64,000 nt of DNA from a virus. Positions 49,679-59,672 of the stretch are shown piece by piece. The position numbers were made by a program, and so were the translations under genes. The notes under the pieces are model-generated. The model did no database searches. It was given only the letters and a program-made list of their open reading frames with translations, and was not told where the DNA came from. The DNA lies in IMG/VR virus record IMGVR_UViG_3300036800_000311, positions 41,538 to 105,537 of that record, one strand, 5' to 3'. Numbering within the stretch: position 1 is the first letter of the stretch; every line of letters starts with the position of its first letter.

Positions 49679-50697
49679 TCGAGATCGAGCAGCCCGAGGT
49701 CTTCTTGATCGCGGAGCCGATGCTGAACACGGCCGAGATGATGCGCTACCTCCATGGGGTCGGCGGGGAGGCCTGGGCGGAGCGAGCGCTCGCCTCCCCG
49801 ATCCCCGCGGCCGAGGGGCTGGTCGAGTTCATGGGGCGACTCTGCTACAAGTCCTGGGAGCCAGGCCTGAACAAGAACGTCACGAAGATCCGCGAGGATC
49901 GCGGCGACTACCTCCTGAACGTCCTGAGGTCCGCCCACGGGTCGGTGCTGGAGCACGCCTCCTTCTCCTTCGTCATCCACGACTGCTCGCGGGTTCTCAC
50001 CGCAGAGCTGAATCGTCACCGCGCCGGGGTGGCGATCAGCGAGCAGTCACTCCGGTACGTGCGACTCGACGAGCTGCGCTTCCGACTCCCTCCGATCCTG
50101 CGGCCGGAGACGCGCGACTACATGCGCATCGTGGTCGAGGGCCTGGAGGAGGACATGGCCCACATGATGTCGCTGGAGGGACTCGACGAGCCTGGCCTCG
50201 ACTTCGCCCGGAAGAAGACGATCACCTCCGCCCTCCGCCGGGCCGCGCCGCTCGGGCTCGCGACGGAGGAGGGGTGGACCGCCAACGTTCGCGCGCTGAG
50301 GCACGTGATCGAGATGCGCTCGGCGACGGGCGCGGAGGAGGAGATCCGGGTCTTCGCCGCCCAGGTGGCCCGCATCATGCAGGACCGAGCGTCCCAGGAT
50401 CGCGGACGTGCTCGAGGCTCGCCGCGCCGCCCTGGCGGCCCGCGGTCGACCGTGACCACCTGGGTGATGACGCCCGCGGACATCGCGGCGTCTCGCGATC
50501 GCCTCGCGCGGGCGACGGCCCTGGCCCAGGCGGGCGACGTCGACGGAGCGAGGCGCGTCTGGTGGTTCCCATCGGCCGAGCAGCTCCCGAAGAGGCACTG
50601 GTCGGAGACAGCTCCGCCGTGCAGTTGTCGCGTAGACGGGGAGCCTCGCGGCGACTCGCTGTGTCGCTGGTGCGGCGGCGTGCTACCCGACCCGTAG
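49675..50697 (+). CDS. thyX: Flavin-dependent thymidylate synthase; C-terminus replaced by read-through into the next gene
   Basis: GRLCY.S, HGSVLEH, ELNRHR...SEQSLRY, TANVRALRH..EMR...EEIR. Similarity ends at about 50391. Confidence 0.88.
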   Translation: MIEIEQPEVFLIAEPMLNTAEMMRYLHGVGGEAWAERALASPIPAAEGLVEFMGRLCYKSWEPGLNKNVTKIREDRGDYLLNVLRSAHGSVLEHASFSFVIHDCSRVLTAELNRHRAGVAISEQSLRYVRLDELRFRLPPILRPETRDYMRIVVEGLEEDMAHMMSLEGLDEPGLDFARKKTITSALRRAAPLGLATEEGWTANVRALRHVIEMRSATGAEEEIRVFAAQVARIMQDRASQDRGRARGSPRRPGGPRSTVTTWVMTPADIAASRDRLARATALAQAGDVDGARRVWWFPSAEQLPKRHWSETAPPCSCRVDGEPRGDSLCRWCGGVLPDP

Positions 50698-50705
50698 GAG
50701 CGTTC

Positions 50706-51215
50706 GTGCTGGGCGATGAACCCTTCCCTCCCTCTGGAAGTACGGCACGACTGTCGGACTGTGGACGCTACCGCTACGAGTTGGGGCGACGCTGGGGCCA
50801 TGGGCCGTGCGTGACCTTCGTGATGTTGAATCCGTCGACGGCGGACGCGACGCTGGATGATCCGACGATTCGCCGCTGTAGGCGATTCGCCCGAGACTGG
50901 GGGATGGGAGCGCTGGTCGTCGTGAACCTCTACGCGCTGCGCTCCGTCGACCCGAGGGCGCTGGAAACTGCGGAGGATCCGGTCGGCCCGGAGAACGACG
51001 ACGTCACCCACGACGCTATCGCCAGGAGCCGCACCGTGATCGTCGCCTGGGGGGCTGATCGCCACGCCCAGGCCCGCAGCGCAAGGATCCTGGAGATCCT
51101 GGCGGAGGTAGGTCGCCGTCCGTACTGCCTCGGGCTGACGAAGGAGAACAAGCCACGGCATCCCTTGTACGTGCGTGCGGACCTTCGGCCGATTCCCTTC
51201 ACTGGCGCGCGCTAG
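50706..51215 (+). CDS. DUF1643 family protein
   Basis: SDCGRYRYELGRRW, FVMLNPSTADA..DDPTIRRC, VNLYA, AWG, PRHPLY. Confidence 0.88.
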   Translation: MLGDEPFPPSGSTARLSDCGRYRYELGRRWGHGPCVTFVMLNPSTADATLDDPTIRRCRRFARDWGMGALVVVNLYALRSVDPRALETAEDPVGPENDDVTHDAIARSRTVIVAWGADRHAQARSARILEILAEVGRRPYCLGLTKENKPRHPLYVRADLRPIPFTGAR

Positions 51216-51216
51216 G

Positions 51217-51269
51217 CCGAGGTAGTATACTGAGCGTAGCGACTCACTCTCCACCCACCAGGAGACACC
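51217..51269 (+). promoter_or_regulatory. Phage promoter plus conserved leader, copy 3
   Basis: CCGAGGTAGTATACT (15/15 identical to 22709)...CTCCACCCACCA-GGAG...ATG 51270. Confidence 0.75.
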
Positions 51270-54200
51270 ATGCAGACCCACGAATCACCCATCAAGACCT
51301 ACGGTCGCGAGATCTTGGCCTCGAAGTACGCTCCCCTCCGTAGCGTCGTCGGCGAGGTCACGCGTTCCGCGGGAGGCAACGTCATCCTCCGCGTCGGGCG
51401 CGAGGACTCTCCGGGCGGGACGTGGCATCGGACGGAGCACGTCGTCGTCACCCCCGCCGAGGCGTGCGAGCTGGTCCACGACCTCACGGCGAACGTGATC
51501 TCAGTCTGGGTCGAGCACGGCGACGAGGACAAGGCCCGCCAGGCGTTCGGTGACGAGGCGGTAGACGCCTGGTTCCGCGCCAGTGGCATCGACCCTAACG
51601 CCAGCCGCGAGGGCTGGTAGGCGGATGACCTCCGTCCGGCCCTTTCGCGTCGTGATCGCGGCCCATCCGATCCCTCCGCGCTGGGAGGTCCCCGGCGCGG
51701 AGGTCGAGGTCTTCGCGGAGAGCGAGCGCGAGGCCCGCAGGCAGGCGGTACGGAGCGCCCACCTGGACGCGGGCGTGCCGCCGCTCCGGTCGCTCCTGAG
51801 GCTCTCCTGGGAGCACGTGACCGCGACCGCGGCGCCCTACCAGGCCCATCGGGACGAGAGGCTGCGGACATGAGTCTCGACGGTATTACGGCGGAGGAGA
51901 TCCGCGAGTGGGATCGGACGATCCGGGCTGGCGGCAGCGTCGCCGTTCCGCCAGGCGAGGCTTGCGCGTCGCTGGTCCTCGCCGTGGTCCGCCGCGTACA
52001 TGCCCTCGGCGCCGACCCCACGGACGAGAACGGCGCGGAGGCCATGCGGCGCGTCGAGGAGGCGCTGGCGTGAGCGCCACCCCCCGTACCCGCACGGTCA
52101 CGCTGACCCACGAGTCGCCGGTCCGGATCTCCGAGGACGACTGGCTCGTCCTCGCGGAGACCTCCCTCGACGTGTCCGGCGTCCGCGCGACGATGAAGGT
52201 CCGCCGCCACGCCGACGGTCGGGTCCTCGTCTACGGGACGCTCTTCCGAGGGCGAGAGAACCTCGCGCGGGCTGGGTACCTGCTCGTCGCGGACGCCGAC
52301 CCCATGGCCATCGCCGATATCGTCTCCGAGACCGTCGAGGATCTCGTCCCGTTGCGCGAGGTCCTAGAGACCGACCTCGACTGGGATCGTCTGGAGCGGG
52401 ACTGCATCGCGGCGCTCCCGGCGGTGACGATATGAGCCCGGTCCGGATCCGCATCGTCTCCCTGGCCAGTGGCCCGCCGACCCCGTTCGATGGGGAGTAC
52501 GTCGTCGAGTACGACCCCGGCCACGACGGCGTCGATCGGGAGGGCAGGAGGATGAACTGCCACCTGGTCACGACGCCCATCCTCGAAGACGCCCTCGCGT
52601 TGACCTCGGCGGAGGCGTTCGAGCTTTGGCGGCGCGTCGACCCTCGGCACCCGGCCCGCCTCGACGGACGCCCGAACCGTCCGCTCACGGCGTTTACGGT
52701 CGAGATCGGATGAGCGCCCGGACGAGCACGGCGGAGGCCTGCCTGGACGCCCTCCGCGCCCTCGAGAGCGGCGAGCGGGAGCCGGGCGAGTGCTTCCCCT
52801 GGAACTCGGACTTCGTCCACGGACACGCCGCGAGGGACGTCGCCAGGGTCGTCGGGATCCGCTGGGCCGAGGCGCTCCTACTCCTGGACGAGCTTGCCGA
52901 GGCGCGCCGGGTGATCCGGGTCGTCCCGCGCCGATCCCGGACTCGCAGGCCCGTTCCGGTCTACAGGACGGTGGGCTCATGAGGCCACTCACGGAGCGTC
53001 AGGAACTCGTCCTCCGGACGATGAGAGAGTTAGGTCGCGAGCGTACCTACATGACTGCCGAGGATATAGGCGCAGCGGCCAACCTACCGCCCGTCCGGCG
53101 TCGCGGTAGGGGGGCCGTCAAGGGATCCTGGAGCGGACGTATCGCGCCTGGGCTTCAGGTCGCCTCCACGCTACAGTCACTGGAGAAGCGCGGCCTGGTG
53201 GTGTCGGCCGACTCGGGGCGAAGCAGGCGCGTGGCGGTCTATCGACTGGCGGACCGATGACCGTCGAGGAGCATCGGGCGGCGCTCGCGTTCGCCGACGC
53301 GGAGCGCTGGCTTCGCCTGATCCATCGCGACGCCGAGGCGCGCGGCCTGCGGTTCCTGGTGATGGGACCGCGCTGGGCGACATCCCTCCGGGCGGTCATA
53401 CTGGACGAGAGGGGCGTGAAGTTCGATATTCCGCTCCCCCGCCCGTACGGCCCCTCCCTTCGTCGGATCTGGCTGAGGCTCAACCAGGGCGACTACAGCC
53501 GATGAAACTCCCTCGCCCTCCTCGTCCGCCTCCTCTACTCGCGGCCGGAGTGCTCCTGCGTCATCGGGGGGCGTCCTCCGCGGACGCCGGTACGGAACTG
53601 CCCCGTCCACGGGTTCGGGGAATGACCGCTCCGCTCTTCGCTGCGAGGGTCCGCTGCGGACCGTTCGAGGAGTGGCGGGCGGAGCGGGTGACGTCGTGAG
53701 CATGATCGGCCGCGAGTACTCCTGGCAAGGACGCCGCTGGCGAGTCGTCTGCCGTTGGCGCGCCGCGACGAAAAACGATCCCTACACCTTCGCGGCCCCC
53801 TGCTGCGGGCATCTCCTGACCTCGCCGAACGCGGCGGATTACTGCGGCGACGAGACCCTCGGGGACGAGTCCTACTGCGGCTCCTGCGGGGCGATGTGGA
53901 CGGAGCATAGGCCCGCAGGCCATCACTCGGTCGACGGTTGGCGCCCAGGCGGACGGCCGGTCATCCGCAACGTCCTGATCGAGGACGTTGAGACCGGCGA
54001 GCGCGTCGTCCGGCCGTTTCGCGGACTGCGGAGGGCGAGGGCGACCGTCCTCCCCGAGCGACCCGTCTCCGCCCTCGCCTGGGAGCTCCGCGGACACCTC
54101 GCGGCGTACCGAGAGATCCGCGTGACCCTGACGGATCGCTGCGACGGGGTCCGGACGACGGACGACGGCGCGCGGATCCTCCAGGGTCGGGTGTCCAAGG

Positions 54201-54564
54201 TCAGCCCCACGGACGCCTACGCGATCGTCTGCGGCGTCCTCTGCCCGCTGGCGGAGATCACCTCCGTGAAGCGCCCGCACTCCTCCGACGGTCCCGCGAG
54301 CGACCCCAGGGACCCGTTCGAGGAGGAGCTGGTGGACCTGAGAGCCCAGCTAAGGAGTGGACGATGACCGATCAAGAGACCGAGCCCGAGGTCCCCCTCG
54401 TCCTCGGAGCCCGACGTCGCCGAGCGTACTTCTGCCCCCACAAGGAGTGCCTTCCGCCCCGGAGGACGTTCCTCTTCCCGTCGGACCCGGACGTGGTCCC
54501 TCGCTGCCAGGAGCACGGCAGGATGGTCGAGCAGCCGAACCGTCCGTATCGGCCGTCTAGGTGA
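51270..54564 (+). other. Rightward operon of small hypothetical genes
   Basis: Chain of short, mostly coupled ORFs downstream of promoter copy 3. Confidence 0.6.
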
Positions 54565-54574
54565 GCGGACGGCG

Positions 54575-54982
54575 ATGAGCGTCCCCCAGGATCTGGTCCG
54601 CGACGAGAGCGGCATCGGGGAGTGGTGCATCCTTCACGGCTACCGGGGGTCGATCGCTCACGGAATGTACGAGCCGAACCACGAGCCCGGGTCGATTGAC
54701 GACAAGGACACGATGGCGGTCTGCGTCCCGCCGGTCGAGTACTACTACGGCCTAGCGGAGTTCGGATCGCGCGGGACGCGCGAGATCGTTCGTGACCCCT
54801 GGGACATCGTCGTCTACGAGGCCCGGAAGATGATCCGGCTACTAGCTCAGGGCAACCCGAACGTCTTCGCGCTGCTCTGGCTCCCGGACAACCTCTACAT
54901 AACGCGCCACGCCGGACAGGAGGCGCGTCGAGGAGCTGTGCGTGGAGATCGTCCGGGTCGGGATGCCAGCCTTCACCCATGA
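54575..54982 (+). pseudogene. RlaP/YcgL-like nucleotidyltransferase with its middle apparently deleted
   Basis: RGSIAHG...DDKD...YEARKMIRLLAQGNPN..LLW stops abruptly near 54910. A C-terminal-like PDRRRVEELCVEIV follows in another frame. Confidence 0.7.
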
Positions 54983-55145
54983 GAGCCACAAGGAGAGAGA
55001 ACCGATGAGCGAGCACCGAGGCGCTGCTGATGCACTCCTCGATCTCCAGCCTGCCCCACCACCCCGCCTCACCTATCAAGTCCGCCCGCGCCAAACTGGA
55101 GCGGCCCTAGGACCCTCGCCGCGGTCGCCGCTAGCCTTGGCGGAC

Positions 55146-55853
55146 GTGCCCCTCGCCTTCTCTCCGGACCGATACGCTCACCTCCGAGGACACGCCCGCC
55201 AGGTCCACGCGCACCTCACTCTCCGCTCGGAGGTGTTCGTCATCTCGGATCGCGTCTACTCCGTCTACCGGGAGTTCCTCATCCACGACGAGGACAACCG
55301 CGTGATCGAGCGCCGCCGGGAGGCCGCGCGAGACGGGCAGGAGCGGATAGTCGCGACGGTCAAGCTCGTCGAGCCGGTCGACGTCCTCGCGACGGAGGAC
55401 CAGGAGTGGGGCCGGGCCTTGACCCTGGCGGACGCGACCGACTGCGGATACCGGACCGTCGGAGGACTCCGCGCCGCCTGGAAGTCGAGGCATCGCGAGG
55501 ACTTCGCCCAGATCGTCTACTTCGTCCTCGGGGACTGGCGGGACCGGGACCTGTTCATGCAGTTCGCGGGGCTGGCCGGAGGGGACTACACCCGGAACTG
55601 GCACCGAGCCCTGGACCCGGACGCGCCGATCCTCACCCCGGAGCAGTACTCGCGGTACGGGATGGCGAACCGGCAGAAGGACGCCCGCCGGATGGCCGAC
55701 GCGGCGACGACGCTCGCGGACGAGACGCCCGCTCAGACGATCGCTAGGATCGAGGCTGCGGGACCCGAGGCGGTCCGTAAGGTCTCGTCCGAGATGGCCA
55801 TCATCGGACAGCGGATACATCCCTACGAGAAGCGACTCGCGGCGAAGGATTAG
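55146..55853 (+). CDS. ASCH/PUA-like protein (probable leaderless GTG start)
   Basis: TAGCCT 8 nt upstream; MPLAF...LTLADATDCGYRTVGGLRAAW...IVYF. Confidence 0.5.
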   Translation: MPLAFSPDRYAHLRGHARQVHAHLTLRSEVFVISDRVYSVYREFLIHDEDNRVIERRREAARDGQERIVATVKLVEPVDVLATEDQEWGRALTLADATDCGYRTVGGLRAAWKSRHREDFAQIVYFVLGDWRDRDLFMQFAGLAGGDYTRNWHRALDPDAPILTPEQYSRYGMANRQKDARRMADAATTLADETPAQTIARIEAAGPEAVRKVSSEMAIIGQRIHPYEKRLAAKD

Positions 55854-56144
55854 GTGCGGCGCCGTCCCGCGCGCTACGATTCGCCGCGCTGAGAGTGACG
55901 GCGTGCCGTTGAAGCAGCCGTGTATCGGAGCCGTGCTACGGACAGCGCGCCTCCATCCTATTCCCCCGACGGAGGATCCCATGATCATGAGCGAGCGGAT
56001 CGCCGCGGTTCTCAACGCCCACGAGCGGGGCGAGATAGAGATCAAGCCCAGCGACCTACGAGTGATCTACAGACTTCAGCAGGTGGCCGCAGGCAAGGTC
56101 TTCGGTAGCGATCAGCGCGTCGGCGAGACCCTGGAGCGGGCAGC

Positions 56145-56600
56145 TTGAGTCGCTGGGCCGAACTTATCCGCCTCGGGTTCGACTCCTACGAGGAATACCT
56201 CAACTCGGAGCACTGGCGCGACGTAAGACGCCGCTTCCACGAGAGCGGGCGTATCTTCGTCTGTATCTGCGGGGAGCCAGCGAACCATCTCCACCACGAG
56301 ACCTACGAGCGCATAGGTCGCGAGGAGTTGGACGACCTGGTTCCGCCCGAGCGCATCGCGGGGATGACGCTCGCACAGAGGATACGCTGCGTCGAGGTCG
56401 CGAGATCCCGAGATCCCGAGGTCCGTAAGGCGGTGCGACAGGCGTGGCGAATCATGGAGGCGCGCGTTCTACGCATGGAGGGCGCGGCCCACGAGCCGAC
56501 CGGCAAGGATGACCGCCGCCCAGGAGACGAGGGCCTCGGGGCGCTGCTCTGGGCGATGGTCATCGCGGCCTGCGTCCTTATCGCGGCCTGGGGCGAGTAG
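56145..56600 (+). pseudogene. HNH gene truncated before its final CxxC and fused to unrelated sequence
   Basis: YLNSEHW...CICG...HHETYERIGREELDDLVP lacks the LCxxCH seen in the intact HNH at 19317-19766. Confidence 0.65.
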
Positions 56601-56626
56601 CCCACTTACCGGACCCTTACGGAAAG

Positions 56627-57142
56627 ATGCCAAAAACCCCCACCCGCATGAAGAAGGAACCCGGGGAGACGCTCTGGCCCGCGAGGTTCCTCGACGGACT
56701 CGCGATGGGCTACAGCGTCACCCGCGCGGCCCGCGAGGCTGGGGTCACTCGCCAGGCGCCGTACGAGTTGAAGTGGCGCGACGAGGAGTTCGAGGCCGCC
56801 TGGGTCAACGCCGAGGCGGCGGCGGTCGACGTTATCCGCGACGAGATCTATCGCCGAGGGGTGGAGGGCGTGGAGGAGCCGGTCTTCCACCTCGGCAAGC
56901 AGGTCGCCTCGATCCGGAAGTACGACTCGACGCTCCTGATCTTCGAGGCCAAGCGCCGCGATCCGGCCTACCGCGATCGCCTCCAGGTCGGTGGATCCGT
57001 GGAGGTGGCGGGGACGATCGACCACCACGTCGCGCTCCTCGACGGACGCCAGCCCGTGGAGGTCGAGGGGTCCGCGCGCCGCGCCGCGGCCCGCGCCCTC
57101 CTGGAGGCGGGGTCGGAGAACGGCGACGGCTCGGCGGACTAG
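56627..57142 (+). CDS. Terminase small subunit
   Basis: FLDGL...VTRAAREAGVTRQAPY...DEEFEAAW...RRGVEGVEEPVF...RKYDSTLLIF; upstream of the large terminase. Confidence 0.8.
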   Translation: MPKTPTRMKKEPGETLWPARFLDGLAMGYSVTRAAREAGVTRQAPYELKWRDEEFEAAWVNAEAAAVDVIRDEIYRRGVEGVEEPVFHLGKQVASIRKYDSTLLIFEAKRRDPAYRDRLQVGGSVEVAGTIDHHVALLDGRQPVEVEGSARRAAARALLEAGSENGDGSAD

Positions 57143-57188
57143 CGGTATTACCGTTGCTTGCCGACGCTGAGGTAGTACCTTTGGCGGC

Positions 57189-57569
57189 GTGCCCCGCGGA
57201 GAGCCGAGACGACTCGTGAGCGTGAAGATGCTGTCGGGGCTGGTCGACGCCGCGGACGCGCGAGCGGCGGAGATGGGCCTGACGCGCTCGGCGTGGATCG
57301 AGCGAGCCGTTGGGCAGGCGCTGGGCGACGACACGGCTCCGTCGGTCGTCGCCACCTCGCCGCTCCCCGGGAGGACGCGGGTTCGATCCCCGCCCTCCGG
57401 GCTAGTCCCGGGAGGTCGCCCAGCGGGTAGGGCACCCGGGGACGGCGAGGCGCCTGCCGAGCGGCCCGGCTCGGAGGAGGCTGCCTTCGGATGCCCGTCT
57501 CCTCGCTGTCCGTTCCGGGCGCTCAGCCCGAGGGCGACGTGCCCCTGGCACGGGTACCGCGTCCGATGA
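57189..57569 (+). CDS. Ribbon-helix-helix (CopG-like) protein with a C-terminal Cys/His motif
   Basis: VSVKM...DARAAEMGLTRSAWIERAV. Upstream are GAGGTAGTACCTT and the palindrome CGGTATTACCG. Confidence 0.7.
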   Translation: MPRGEPRRLVSVKMLSGLVDAADARAAEMGLTRSAWIERAVGQALGDDTAPSVVATSPLPGRTRVRSPPSGLVPGGRPAGRAPGDGEAPAERPGSEEAAFGCPSPRCPFRALSPRATCPWHGYRVR

Positions 57570-59095
57570 CCGCCCTCGCCCCAGCGTCTCCGCGCGGCCT
57601 GTCCCGCGACGCCGTCGACGCGGCGCTGCTAGACCCGACGATCTTCATCGACCAGCACTGCTGGATCCGCGGGAAGGGTGGCCGGAAGGAGCGCTTCCGG
57701 CTCTGGGACTTCCAGCGGGAGACCGTCGAGGCGATGGACGACGAGGACCGGCTCCTCGTCCTCAAGGCCAGGCAGCTCGGGATCTCCTGGTGCTCGGATG
57801 GCTTCGCGCTCTGGCTCTGTACCGCGAATCGCGGGCAGACGGTCCTGATCCTCTCCCGACGGATGGACGAGGCGCTCGAGGAGATGCGCCGGATCCGCTT
57901 CATGCACTCGAACCTCCCGCCGGAGCTGAGGCGCAGGACCGCGTCCGAGGTCCCGGGATCGTCGGCGCCGGACACGATGAAGCACCTCGAGTTCCCAGAC
58001 ACGGACTCCCGGATCATCTCCCTGCCGACGACGGAGAACGCGGGGACGTCGTACACGGCGACGCTCGTGATCGTCCAGGAGCTCGCGAAGATCAAGAACG
58101 CGACGGAGCTGATGGAGGGCCTGACCCCGACCGTCGGCGACGACGGCCGCCTCTTCCTGATCAGCACGGCCAAGGGATTCGGCGGCGTCTTCGCGGCTCG
58201 CTGGCGCGCGGCGCAGCATCGCTGGCACACCGGCCAGGTCGTCGGTGATCGCGGCGAGCCGGGGGACTTCCGCCCGATCTTCATCCCGTGGCACGCCCGC
58301 CCGGGCCGCACGGCCGCCTGGTACGAGGGGATGCGACGGACGCTCGCCTCCGAGGGCAAGTCGGACCGATCCGTTCGGCAGGAGTACCCGGCGACGCCCC
58401 GCGAGGCGTTCCAGGGAAGCGCAGACGCGGTCTTCGCGGAGGAGTTCGACCGGAACGGTCCGTGCGTCCTCGACGGGACGAGGCCGAGGGGCGGGACCTT
58501 CCCCGTCGTCGTCGGCTACGACCCGGGCGTCAACCACGGCTTCGCGTACCTGATCGAGGTCCAGGGCCGCAGCGTCTTCGTCTTCGACGAGATCTACATC
58601 CAGAACGGCACGGTCTCGGAGATGGGTGAGGAGCTGCTCGCTCGCCTCCGGGTCGAGCACGACCTCGACCCGGCGGAGTGCATGGTCTATGTCGACCCGT
58701 ACGCCGCGGGGCGGAACGGGCAGACGAAGAAGAACGACTGGGAGGTCCTCGCGGAGATGGGCCTCCTCGTCGACTCGGAGAACGATCGGTACGAGCCCGC
58801 CCAGCGCGTCGAGCTGATCAAGGTGGTGCTCAAGGCGGAGCGGGTCTGGGTCTCCCTCGACTGCCCCCGTCTCATCGACGCCCTGGAGCAGGCGCCGTGG
58901 AAGACGATGCGCTCCCAGGCGGGGGAGACGTATCAGGGCGACACGTACGACAAGGACGGGAAGCACGAGCACCCGCTGGACGCCTTCGGCACCGCGCTCG
59001 CGCGGATCTTCCCGCCGATCGCCGTCGCCGCCGCGGACGTGGAGGCCGCCGCGGCCGTCGGCTCGTACGCCTACTCCGCCTCCGAGTACGGCTAG
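57566..59095 (+). CDS. Terminase large subunit
   Basis: LWDFQ, Walker A LKARQLGIS, Walker B variant LVIVQE, IST, QEYP...EAF; nuclease motifs GYDPG, YVDP, HPLDA. Confidence 0.92.
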   Translation: MTALAPASPRGLSRDAVDAALLDPTIFIDQHCWIRGKGGRKERFRLWDFQRETVEAMDDEDRLLVLKARQLGISWCSDGFALWLCTANRGQTVLILSRRMDEALEEMRRIRFMHSNLPPELRRRTASEVPGSSAPDTMKHLEFPDTDSRIISLPTTENAGTSYTATLVIVQELAKIKNATELMEGLTPTVGDDGRLFLISTAKGFGGVFAARWRAAQHRWHTGQVVGDRGEPGDFRPIFIPWHARPGRTAAWYEGMRRTLASEGKSDRSVRQEYPATPREAFQGSADAVFAEEFDRNGPCVLDGTRPRGGTFPVVVGYDPGVNHGFAYLIEVQGRSVFVFDEIYIQNGTVSEMGEELLARLRVEHDLDPAECMVYVDPYAAGRNGQTKKNDWEVLAEMGLLVDSENDRYEPAQRVELIKVVLKAERVWVSLDCPRLIDALEQAPWKTMRSQAGETYQGDTYDKDGKHEHPLDAFGTALARIFPPIAVAAADVEAAAAVGSYAYSASEYG

Positions 59096-59432
59096 GCCCC
59101 GCAGGCCCCTGAGCGCTCCGTAGCCGATCGCGGCGACGTCCGCCGAGGCGCTACCCGCCACGACGCGGACGTCGGCGCTCGCGTCCTTAGCGGCGATGGC
59201 CGCTCAAACCCGAACCCCGGTAGTCCGGATCGAAGGGAGCCTCGATGAACCCTCGTGAGTACGTCGGCGTCGTATCTGAATGCAAGGCGCCTCCGCGGTG
59301 GCGACGGTGGCACGTGGAGTTCCGCGGTAGCGGCATGGCGCTCGGGAACGTGTCCTACCTCAGGGCGCTTCGCGAGGTCGTCCGGGAGACGCGCCGCGGC
59401 AACGGTCCCTGCCGTATCTACCGCCCCGGACG

Positions 59433-59672
59433 ATGACCACGAGGATCACCTACCGCGAGGTCCAGGTCGCGCCCGACGAGCCCGTCGAGATCGACCACGC
59501 CGACGGAGAGACCGTCCAGATCATCGGCGTGGCGTACACCGGGGGCGGGGCGGCCGGATGGACCCTGAGCGTCATCGTCTCTGGACCAGTTCGTGAGGAG
59601 CCCGCCGGGAGTCCCGGCGAGGCGGAGCCCGAAGGGGCCACGGACGAGCGTCGGGGACGCCGCAGGCGCTAG
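59433..59672 (+). CDS. Small hypothetical protein between terminase and portal
   Basis: 79 aa, abuts the portal start. Confidence 0.5.
   Translation: MTTRITYREVQVAPDEPVEIDHADGETVQIIGVAYTGGGAAGWTLSVIVSGPVREEPAGSPGEAEPEGATDERRGRRRR

Noticed and set aside
48058-56600. Gene scrambling, programmed frameshifting or stop-codon recoding as the cause of the broken genes
   Set aside because: Coding segments are missing rather than interrupted by stops. I found no displaced pieces or slippery sites by eye, and TAG, TGA and TAA all behave as normal stops.
57300-57410. Complete tRNA gene
   Set aside because: A T arm is present, but there is no D arm, anticodon arm or cloverleaf. Other GGTTCGA hits (26865, 30273, 56176) are Gly-Phe-Asp codons.
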